This document shows positions 8,343 to 16,432 of a stretch of 18,205 nucleotides of DNA, one piece after another. The DNA comes from an uncultured archaeon. Its GTDB lineage: Archaea; Asgardarchaeota; Thorarchaeia; Thorarchaeales; Thorarchaeaceae. The DNA is taken from the NCBI GenBank assembly GCA_964458565.1, contig CAYWJO010000060.1:1-18205 (forward strand), written 5' to 3'. A program made the translations under genes and the position numbers. The notes beneath the pieces were generated by a model. That model worked only from the letters and a program-made list of their open reading frames with translations, was not told where the DNA came from and searched no databases. The first letter of the stretch is position 1. Each line of letters starts with the position of its first letter.

Positions 8343-8657
8343 ATGGTGTTTGATATCGTCCAATTCTTGCTGGGTCCTGCAGAGATTCTGACTCAGGGCA
8401 TAACTGGTCTCATTATGGGTCTTGGTCTGAATGCTCTGCAGATCTGGCTAATGTATGAAATTGTGGTCATTGTACCACCACGAGCAAAGAATCTCATTGA
8501 TGTGATTGACATGGAACTCGGTCAATTACAGTACTCAGGTGGAATGAAGTATCGAGTATATTCAGCAGTCCTGCAAGTGTTCCTTCCACTAATTTTAATC
8601 AGTGTCTGTTACCTCTCATTCTGTCTATTCACAGGTACTGTATCGAGTCTGTTCTGA
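8343..8657 (+). CDS. Small (104 aa) two-TM membrane protein, pilin/VirB2/CedA1-sized; first gene of the operon
   Basis: ATG 8343 is preferred over 8274 because AGGTGA (8329-8334) precedes it and an AT-rich TATA-like stretch lies at ~8298-8311. Two hydrophobic segments: GITGLIMGLGLNALQIWLMYEIVVIV and VLQVFLPLILISVCYLSFCLF. Confidence 0.7.
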   Translation: MVFDIVQFLLGPAEILTQGITGLIMGLGLNALQIWLMYEIVVIVPPRAKNLIDVIDMELGQLQYSGGMKYRVYSAVLQVFLPLILISVCYLSFCLFTGTVSSLF

Positions 8658-8674
8658 GGGTGTGAGGGGAGGTC

Positions 8675-9319
8675 ATGAATGGAATAGATTGGAGAATCGG
8701 TCTAACTATTTTGATGTTGTGTATAGTAGGAGATAGTTTACCTATTTGCATCGCTGAGAGTGTAGAGAGTCCCTCTTGCATCATCCTAGCAATTCCCAAT
8801 GAAACTTATGTTCTATCTCTTGAATCGATTGATACTGAGGCAACATTCGAAATCAGTCTGACCTTTGACCGGTTTCTGGATTCATCAGATCGATTGGAGG
8901 TAATTGGTGAGTTTGATATTGTCCAAGACACATGGAATACTAATTTCTACTACATCCTTTCCTCCGGTGAAATTTTGTGCACAATACAATTCAAGGGCAT
9001 TGAGAATGTCTATCTAGGTGAGGAACGTTCCAGGCTTGAAATAACCAGCTCTGACTACTTCGTCCATTTGAGGCACATACAAATGGAAACTACACCGGAT
9101 GCTTATGACATATCTCCAGCATTCCAGATAGTGTTGGCGTTGTGCAGCCTGATCCCCTTCTTTCTTCTCACTCCCGATACAGTTGAAGAACTTCAAGAGA
9201 TACTTGAGATTGATATGCAGACTCGGGGAGTCTATGGAAGAATTCTAGTCATTCTCCTACCTCTCCTCTCGATTGCAATAACCGTTCTACTTCTTGAGAG
9301 TCTGACTGTGGTGGTATAG
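8675..9319 (+). CDS. Membrane protein with signal peptide, beta-rich ectodomain and two C-terminal TM helices
   Basis: G-rich RBS (GAGGGGAGGT) just upstream. Hydrophobic N-terminus, alternating polar/hydrophobic strands, and TMs AFQIVLALCSLIPFFLL and ILVILLPLLSIAITVLLL. Confidence 0.8.
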   Translation: MNGIDWRIGLTILMLCIVGDSLPICIAESVESPSCIILAIPNETYVLSLESIDTEATFEISLTFDRFLDSSDRLEVIGEFDIVQDTWNTNFYYILSSGEILCTIQFKGIENVYLGEERSRLEITSSDYFVHLRHIQMETTPDAYDISPAFQIVLALCSLIPFFLLTPDTVEELQEILEIDMQTRGVYGRILVILLPLLSIAITVLLLESLTVVV

Positions 9320-9321
9320 AA

Positions 9322-10119
9322 ATGCAGGAAGAAAAGGAACCCACAAGCCCCCTCTCTGAATATTATCGTAGAAAAGCGAACAGAGCCTATGTGAAATACA
9401 ATCCTCGAAACACAGAGTGGCATAGTTCTGGGGCATCACTAAGAGGATGGATTGAGAGACTAGGGTTTGTGACAGATATGCCTTTCAAGTCTATAGCTCT
9501 CTTTGTCGGGTGTTGGATTACACTGGAGATTGGTTGGCCTCTTCTTGTTGTCCTTGGAGTGACTACAGCTGGTTCGGTATGGAGTGTTCCAAGTGCAATT
9601 CCTTGTATGTTCATTATCGTATATGGACTGCTGATGACTGGAGCAGTCAACATGGTAAGGGGATTGATAGTTCATTTTTCTATGAAACGTGATAACTTGG
9701 TCAAAGCACTCTTTCGCGGATACTTTTGGAGTCTACTCTCAATAGGTTTGATTGTGCTGATACACACTTATTTCCACACAAATCTACCTCAAATGTTCAT
9801 CCTTCCAATATTGTACCTACTACCTATTGATGTTGCAGGGACAACACTACCAATCCCAATTCCCCTAGGAATTACCGGCCTCTATATGGATCTCATAATT
9901 ACTATACTTGTCTATGTTGTGGGTATCATAGGGAGTTGTGTTGGTGGTCTAGAGATCATCAAATACTTGAATGAGAGCTCAAAAAGGAATGGGAGTTATG
10001 GAGCTATTCTCTCTGTACTTATACTGGCTACATTTCCTGCATTCAATATCTGTTTCTCTCTCGTCTTTCTTAATACCACACTTGATCTTATAGGGAGGTT
10101 ACTTTCAATTGCAGTCTGA
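9322..10119 (+). CDS. Polytopic membrane protein (about 5-6 TM; CedA/VirB6-like or Yip1-like topology)
   Basis: Starts 2 nt after the previous stop. Soluble ~55-aa N-terminus followed by 5-6 hydrophobic segments. Confidence 0.8.
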   Translation: MQEEKEPTSPLSEYYRRKANRAYVKYNPRNTEWHSSGASLRGWIERLGFVTDMPFKSIALFVGCWITLEIGWPLLVVLGVTTAGSVWSVPSAIPCMFIIVYGLLMTGAVNMVRGLIVHFSMKRDNLVKALFRGYFWSLLSIGLIVLIHTYFHTNLPQMFILPILYLLPIDVAGTTLPIPIPLGITGLYMDLIITILVYVVGIIGSCVGGLEIIKYLNESSKRNGSYGAILSVLILATFPAFNICFSLVFLNTTLDLIGRLLSIAV

Positions 10120-12913
10120 AATTGTGAATATTCTAGATATTGCTATCAACTTGATTATCATAATCGGAGCTAGCATTCTAACAATGACTCTGACTCATAT
10201 CCTGCTGTCTGTGAGAAGTAATCGGTTTGCTACCGAAATCTGCTGCGCTCTTGGTTTTGGAGTCTATATAATTCTGGATATTCTTCTTGGCACATTTGAG
10301 ATGTATCGGATTCTGATTGCGTTTTTCATCCTCACTCCAGTCATGATTATTGAGGTTGTACGACCATCAACGGAAACCGGATCCAACTCTATTCAATTAG
10401 TCGAATCTGTGGAAGGTGGGATTCCTGAAGATGCTCTCTGTTTTTCATGGAAAAGGGGATTCTTGGCAATCACAGCATTAGAAGGAACCGGATTTCCCTT
10501 TTCGAATCAAGTATCTCATAAAGAACCCGATTCGGATTCATCTCTCAAAAGCCTCTACCCACTTTGGATTGCTGGTGAGAGAACAAAAACTGTCTATACA
10601 ATTGAAATAACACTTCAGAATGGACTTGCTAGATATTACCTATATCTCATCAATCACCACAAAAATTACTCAACAGCGTTGGAAAATGTGCGAAAGGCAA
10701 GACATACTGCTACCAGGTGGTTTGAAGAGTGGAACTACGAGTTTAAAATTCTTGATTCTAGGCAGCTTTGGAAAAACTACAAGAGTATACAACTTGAAGA
10801 AACCGATTCTTCTCTGGATCATACAAACGGTCCAGATGTAATTACAATTACAGAATTTCCAACTGAGTGTGCAGATGATTTGAGTGGACTAGTGAACTCT
10901 CTTCTTGATGCAAAGATGATTGGTAGACTTCAAATCTCATTCAAATCCATGAAGAGCCCTATTCTGAAGTACTCGACACCTGAATCGTCAGATCAGAATG
11001 ATACGAAAGTTCCTTTCAAAGTTGAGGACCATCATCTCCGTGATATCTACAAACAGATTGCTGAAATCGAGGCTTGTGAGGAAACTGGGGCCTTCAAATG
11101 CAATATTTTGGCAATATCAGAAACTGAGTCAGACGAGATATTCAGTGTAATTCAAAGCATCTGGCCGGAAACTGATGTATCTAAAATTCCCAAGAAGTAT
11201 CTTAGAAGAACATGGGATTCTATCCAAACGCGTCAATACTTTGTGAGCAAGTCTAACACAATTAGTGGTGCTACTTTGTCAGCACTTTTACAAATGAGTG
11301 AACCTGTTCCAGGTCTTCCAAATCGGATTGTACCACCTAAATTCGCACTTCCAAGACATAATCTGATTGACGACCATTCTGTTCAGGTTGGTAGAGTTTT
11401 GAATAGTGGGAAAATCACTGAACAAGACTACACGATTCCTGTCAATGCTTTTTGTTTCCATACCGGTATCTATGGGAATCCTGGTAGTGGCAAAACTAAC
11501 ACTGCAATGCATATCGTAACTCAGCTGGCTGAGAGGGAGATCCCATTTCTTATCATAAGTCCTGCAAAGACTGAGTGGAGACAGCTACTAAATCTTCTTT
11601 CAGATGTTAGAATATTCACAGTTGGTGATGAGCAAGTTGCACCGTTTCGATATAACTTCCTCATTCCTCCACCTAATGTTTCTATTAACACCCATATCAA
11701 CAATATAGCAGACTGCTTCATAGCAAGCTGGCCAAGTGAGGGTATCATTACTGAACATATAATCAAGATATTCAGACGAGCTTATGATAACGCCGGCTGG
11801 AATCGACTCACTAACGAACGTGGCGAACCTATTCTCATCTCGGATCTTTATACTGCCATGGAGCAAGTATCGTCCGAGTTGAGCTACGGTCGGTTACAAC
11901 AGGATTTCATTGGGGCTCACAAGTCACGATTTGGCTCACTCTTGGATGATGTAGTAATGGCTGTGACTCTGAATACTGAACACGGTCTCACAATACCTGA
12001 GTTGCTTGAACACAGAACAGTCATTGAAATACGGAACATGAACTCCTCACAGGTTTCACTCATCACCAGTCTGATCACAGTTGCAGTTGCAGAGTATCTT
12101 GAGTCGCAACCACAGGGATTCGAACAAGAGATGAAGCATCTCCTTGTATTAGAGGAGGCTCATCATGTACTAAAACGATCCACAACTTCATTAAGCATCA
12201 ATGAAGGACACTCCAGTAAACAGATGGCAATAGACACAATCGTGAATCTACTTAGAGAAGCACGAGGGCTAGGGCTAGGACTCATTCTAATAGACCAGCT
12301 GCCTGGGGAGATGGCTGATACCGCAGTGAAACTCCCCGGAATCACTATTATCCATCAGATAAAAGACCCACGTGAACGTGTATTAGTAGGAACTCAGGCA
12401 GATCTAAATAAGGAGCAGATCTCACACATTGGATCTTTGAATATTGGCGAGGTGATAGTCCACCGGAATCTTGACCTTCATTCTAACTTTGCAGTAAACT
12501 GTCAGGTTTCTCACTGTTTCGACAGTGGCAGGCATTGGAAAAATGAGGATATCGTTGAAGCAATGGATTCCTACTACAAGGAACGGCCGTACTTATTGAT
12601 TCAGCTTCTTCCTTCTACTATGCAGTGGGAGCCTGACCCTCATATATTGAGGAAACTATTACTTCTAACAGAGTCACTTAATTTTCTCAAGAACTTCAAG
12701 GCATGTCTAGTCCTCAATCATGATACTGCTGCCAGTGCATATGTCCGAGAAGTTGTTGAAACTATGGTCCAACAACCAACCGAAATTGATCTATATACGA
12801 CATTGATTTTTCCAGTCCTCGTGAGGAATATGAGGGGGGAAGCTGAGAGCACTTTGAAATGGAACGAAATTATGGATAGCAAAGATTCCAAGGGGGTAGA
12901 GGGTCATGGATAA
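10109..12913 (+). CDS. Membrane-anchored HerA/FtsK/VirB4-superfamily ATPase
   Basis: Three N-terminal TM helices. HTGIYGNPGSGKT Walker A (11474-11497), LLVLEEAH Walker B (EEAH 12152-12163), and REARGLGLGLILIDQLP (arginine finger / sensor-Gln motif of this superfamily). TTG start supported by GGAGGT at 10094-10099. Overlaps the upstream gene by 11 nt. Confidence 0.9.
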   Translation: MQSEIVNILDIAINLIIIIGASILTMTLTHILLSVRSNRFATEICCALGFGVYIILDILLGTFEMYRILIAFFILTPVMIIEVVRPSTETGSNSIQLVESVEGGIPEDALCFSWKRGFLAITALEGTGFPFSNQVSHKEPDSDSSLKSLYPLWIAGERTKTVYTIEITLQNGLARYYLYLINHHKNYSTALENVRKARHTATRWFEEWNYEFKILDSRQLWKNYKSIQLEETDSSLDHTNGPDVITITEFPTECADDLSGLVNSLLDAKMIGRLQISFKSMKSPILKYSTPESSDQNDTKVPFKVEDHHLRDIYKQIAEIEACEETGAFKCNILAISETESDEIFSVIQSIWPETDVSKIPKKYLRRTWDSIQTRQYFVSKSNTISGATLSALLQMSEPVPGLPNRIVPPKFALPRHNLIDDHSVQVGRVLNSGKITEQDYTIPVNAFCFHTGIYGNPGSGKTNTAMHIVTQLAEREIPFLIISPAKTEWRQLLNLLSDVRIFTVGDEQVAPFRYNFLIPPPNVSINTHINNIADCFIASWPSEGIITEHIIKIFRRAYDNAGWNRLTNERGEPILISDLYTAMEQVSSELSYGRLQQDFIGAHKSRFGSLLDDVVMAVTLNTEHGLTIPELLEHRTVIEIRNMNSSQVSLITSLITVAVAEYLESQPQGFEQEMKHLLVLEEAHHVLKRSTTSLSINEGHSSKQMAIDTIVNLLREARGLGLGLILIDQLPGEMADTAVKLPGITIIHQIKDPRERVLVGTQADLNKEQISHIGSLNIGEVIVHRNLDLHSNFAVNCQVSHCFDSGRHWKNEDIVEAMDSYYKERPYLLIQLLPSTMQWEPDPHILRKLLLLTESLNFLKNFKACLVLNHDTAASAYVREVVETMVQQPTEIDLYTTLIFPVLVRNMRGEAESTLKWNEIMDSKDSKGVEGHG

Positions 12914-15900
12914 GAACATCGAAGAGTTCGATTCAGCTATCTCTGAGATTAAGAGAGAGCTTGACGAAACTGATCAATCAATAATTCAGGAAGTAGATGA
13001 GATAGTCCAAGAGATTGACAACGCTATATTCTCCGAGGATGAACGCGAACAAATCATCACCAAGTGTAATAAGGAGTCATCAACACTACAAAAGATCCAG
13101 GAAGACATTGAATTCTTCTTGGGAGAAGATTACACTTGTGAGGATATTGATGCATTTGTCGCATCAATTCATCGATTTGATACTAATGACATAAAAACGA
13201 ACCCAGTTGCTTTTCAGTACAATACAAACATAGACCATATTCTACAAATGATAGATGGAATACAAAACACCCATCATCTCTCAAAATGGAGCACTCAGGT
13301 TTTATCTAAAGGATATGATAGAGCTCTTCATTCTAGTAGACAAAAGTACTCAACACTAGATGTTTTTCTACATACATTGAGTCGAATTTATCTTGAAGAT
13401 AGAGGACATCAATCTTGGAATCTTGAAGACTTCTTTAATAATGCCAAAAATCTTCTGAACTCCACTTCTAATGACAAATTCGTGAGCTTGTCGAAATTTC
13501 TAGATCAACTAACTTATTCCACAATTGATGAGGTAATAAACTCACTAACCAGAGATTCCTGGAAAGGACTCTATTGCGATTTGATAAGCGATCTATCAAC
13601 CGAATATGGTGATTTTTCCGATGTTATTCGAGTAGCATTCAATTCTCTTTTACAAGACACTTCGAATCTTGCATTATCTCCTTTCCTTGTTGAATCTCCA
13701 TCTTTAGATGTAATACGTGCAAGATATCTAGATGAACTATATGTAGTATTAACCGAATTTCGAAGATATACTTCAAAAACACAAAAACAAAAAATCGCAT
13801 ATATCCCCTTAATACTTGGATCTTCACATCCAACAATTTGGACCAATGAGGAGGTTTTTCTTCATCCTAAAGCGAATAAATCAACACGTATGAAACTAGA
13901 ACAAGGTATTCTCTCACGTCCTCTAATTTTACAGGTTGCAATAGATTCTACAGCAACTAAACTAGAAATCCTGCAAACAATGATGCTTGATGAGAATAAA
14001 TGGAATATGTTCAAGAAATTATATGAAACAGAAGGTGATATCTCTTTCTCATCAGCTTGGAAATACATCAAATCACATTTACTCTTATTTCCTCTAACAA
14101 AGGAGAAAGCTCCCACATCCAAAACACCTCTTAGTCACTGGTCACCAGAATTCCGAGAAGCAGCATTATTATTCTCATTTTTTCTTAAAGGAAACAAGAA
14201 GAACTCCGGGCCATATCTTGATGTAGCGTTGCGTCATCTTATACATGGCTCTGCTGAAATACCAATTAGTTGTGGAATTGTCCAGGGGAAGGGGAGATAC
14301 TACCATATATCACACAATTTACAGATAGACAATTCAACTAATCCTTTTTGGGTTCCATATTTTGTACCATTTAACAGATCTTCATCTAGCTTCAACCGTA
14401 TTGAGAGTGCTCTAAGGGGAATATCTGCTGAATTTCTCCAATACGCACGAGATAATTCACCTTTAATAAAATGGAATCTAGTTCGTTTCGGTGAAGATGA
14501 AAACAGTAAGACTAGAAAGGATAAGACACATAATCAAGAATCTAATGATGTGTTTGAGTCCTCCTATGTTGAAATCGAAGGCACCCTAGATTCAATTCAG
14601 GACAACAAATCCATATTATCATATGCAGAGATGTTATGCAAATACTTGACCAATGATATTGTAGAACTAATAAACTCCAGTCCAAAAGATGTCATTGGGA
14701 GATCTCGATTAGCACCGAGTGCAAACCCTCATGGAAATGACTTTATTGAATATCAAGAGAGGTTCCTTGGAAGAGATGCAGTGGTTCTTTCTATTTTGGA
14801 CTCGATAGCTAGTGTACTCGAGTACTTTGGTGTGCGAATCCCTGAGAAAGGTGGTTTATCTGGTGAGAAAGTGGTATGTGTTAAATCACTCAACCATGCA
14901 ACCACAAAAAAAACACTAACAATCAAAGATACCGGAGTTCAAATGCGCATAACCGACTCTATTGAGAAGAATCGTCCATCAACTACGACTTTTTCATCAC
15001 AAAAGGAAAGATGGCAAGAAATACCATTTACTCATGTTGAGATTGTTTTAGATGATGGAACAACTAAATCATATCCTCTCCTTGCAGTTTTCGCAATTAG
15101 TAATACTGCTTACAAGATTATTCCATATCCAGAGTTGTTATGGGACATTGATAACATGCTCCTCGAAATAGGAGATAAAGAACTTCTTTATAAACTCAAT
15201 AAATTGAGAAACAAAGCTGATTGGTCCTCAGCTTCAGAATTGATTATATCCTTTCTAACGGAGCACTACATATTTTCAGAGAAAACTACAAATCTTAGCC
15301 AAGGGTTCAAGAACCTAATTCTTGAAATCGATCCACTTCGAATCACAAAACATATTGTGAATTACAATTGCATAGCAAAAGAAGCTCTGTTTACAGCCCA
15401 AATGCGTAAGTATTCAGAACAAGGAATTCCTTTGACAATAGATACTTCTTGGTTTCCTCATTCTATTGAATGTCTTTCTGGATATCTTGCTCAAGTTTTC
15501 GGAGGAATACTATGTAAACGCGAGCTCGAAAATGTTGCTGATGCATTAGAAATGTTCGGAGAAGGCGAACTCAAGTTCAATATTGTAGCAGTGTTTCCTT
15601 CAAAGAACACGGGAAAAGACCCCAATACCACAAGTGCAGATGCTTGGGTTTTACTTTGGCGTCAACATCAGTACGACATTACCGATAAAAGAGTGCTGAA
15701 GATTATGTACAAAGCAAAGACAGAACAAGCATTGTTTTGGTCCGATTTCGCTGAATTAAATTCCGCCTTGTCTATAGAAAAGCATAGTGAATCCATACCC
15801 GTACTTGGCGTTTTGGATATATCATCTAAATCCGAATGTGGACAACTAGCTATTAGAAGAACAACTCGATTGAATCAACCCCATCTAGATATAGAAAGAC

Positions 15901-16169
15901 ATACATCCATGTTTGATATTTGGATTCGTCGAATTTCCAAATGGATTGATAGCTCAATTCTACTATCTGGATCTACTAGCATATCTAAAGACAATCTTGA
16001 ATTAAAAAGAAAATTCACATTTTGCAATGATGAATCATTTACGGTTGCACACAATCTTAGCAGTAATATTACTAACCTAAAGGAGCGGCTCCATCGTACA
16101 GGTTTCATGTATAGGCAAATTGAACACTTCAAAGAAGTTCTCATTCAATTAGATTCGAAGAATCGTTAG
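12906..16169 (+). CDS. Large (1087 aa) hypothetical protein with an acidic helical N-terminus and a possible degenerate PD-(D/E)xK fold near the C-terminus
   Basis: Long uninterrupted ORF overlapping the ATPase stop by 8 nt. N-terminus is an acidic amphipathic helix (MDKNIEEFDSAISEIKRELDE...). No TM or signal peptide seen. TSADAWVLL...LKIMYKAK lies at ~15630-15720. Confidence 0.8.
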   Translation: MDKNIEEFDSAISEIKRELDETDQSIIQEVDEIVQEIDNAIFSEDEREQIITKCNKESSTLQKIQEDIEFFLGEDYTCEDIDAFVASIHRFDTNDIKTNPVAFQYNTNIDHILQMIDGIQNTHHLSKWSTQVLSKGYDRALHSSRQKYSTLDVFLHTLSRIYLEDRGHQSWNLEDFFNNAKNLLNSTSNDKFVSLSKFLDQLTYSTIDEVINSLTRDSWKGLYCDLISDLSTEYGDFSDVIRVAFNSLLQDTSNLALSPFLVESPSLDVIRARYLDELYVVLTEFRRYTSKTQKQKIAYIPLILGSSHPTIWTNEEVFLHPKANKSTRMKLEQGILSRPLILQVAIDSTATKLEILQTMMLDENKWNMFKKLYETEGDISFSSAWKYIKSHLLLFPLTKEKAPTSKTPLSHWSPEFREAALLFSFFLKGNKKNSGPYLDVALRHLIHGSAEIPISCGIVQGKGRYYHISHNLQIDNSTNPFWVPYFVPFNRSSSSFNRIESALRGISAEFLQYARDNSPLIKWNLVRFGEDENSKTRKDKTHNQESNDVFESSYVEIEGTLDSIQDNKSILSYAEMLCKYLTNDIVELINSSPKDVIGRSRLAPSANPHGNDFIEYQERFLGRDAVVLSILDSIASVLEYFGVRIPEKGGLSGEKVVCVKSLNHATTKKTLTIKDTGVQMRITDSIEKNRPSTTTFSSQKERWQEIPFTHVEIVLDDGTTKSYPLLAVFAISNTAYKIIPYPELLWDIDNMLLEIGDKELLYKLNKLRNKADWSSASELIISFLTEHYIFSEKTTNLSQGFKNLILEIDPLRITKHIVNYNCIAKEALFTAQMRKYSEQGIPLTIDTSWFPHSIECLSGYLAQVFGGILCKRELENVADALEMFGEGELKFNIVAVFPSKNTGKDPNTTSADAWVLLWRQHQYDITDKRVLKIMYKAKTEQALFWSDFAELNSALSIEKHSESIPVLGVLDISSKSECGQLAIRRTTRLNQPHLDIERHTSMFDIWIRRISKWIDSSILLSGSTSISKDNLELKRKFTFCNDESFTVAHNLSSNITNLKERLHRTGFMYRQIEHFKEVLIQLDSKNR

Positions 16170-16175
16170 AATCAT

Positions 16176-16190
16176 CGAAAGGTTCATATC
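16176..16190 (+). promoter_or_regulatory. Putative BRE/TATA promoter of tRNA-Trp
   Basis: CGAAAGG-TTCATATC ends 30 nt upstream of the mature tRNA 5' end. Confidence 0.45.
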
Positions 16191-16220
16191 GCTAGATAAG
16201 AGGTTCAATCATAATCATAC

Positions 16221-16386
16221 GGGGCGGTGGCCTAGTCAGATATTTGGAATTCTCAAATATTCTGGAACGGTATGGCGACGGGCTCCAGATCTAGATTCAT
16301 CTCGAATCTAAAACTGTAGGGTCAACAAAGGCCGTCTGCCAGGCGAAACTCGTCGATCGTGGGTTCGAATCCCATCCGCCCCACCA
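16221..16386 (+). tRNA. trnW: tRNA-Trp(CCA) with two introns: D-loop intron 16238-16267 (position 17/17a) and anticodon intron 16289-16347 (37/38); encoded 3' CCA
   Basis: Acceptor stem GGGGCGG/CCGCCCC + A + CCA. D arm GCCT-AGTC|CGGTA-TGGC after splicing. Anticodon stem ACGGG/CTCGT with loop CT-CCA-G|A (CCA at 16285-16287). T arm GTGGG-TTCGAAT-CCCAT. Confidence 0.93.
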
Positions 16387-16432
16387 TACTAGCTAGATTT
16401 CAAGTGAATTATCAATAATCTACACAGTTAGC

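Noticed and set aside
16331-16345. Alternative anticodon loop CT-GCC-AG (tRNA-Gly)
   Set aside because: No proper 5-bp stem flanks it. ACGGG/CTCGT around CT-CCA-GA gives a canonical tRNA-Trp.
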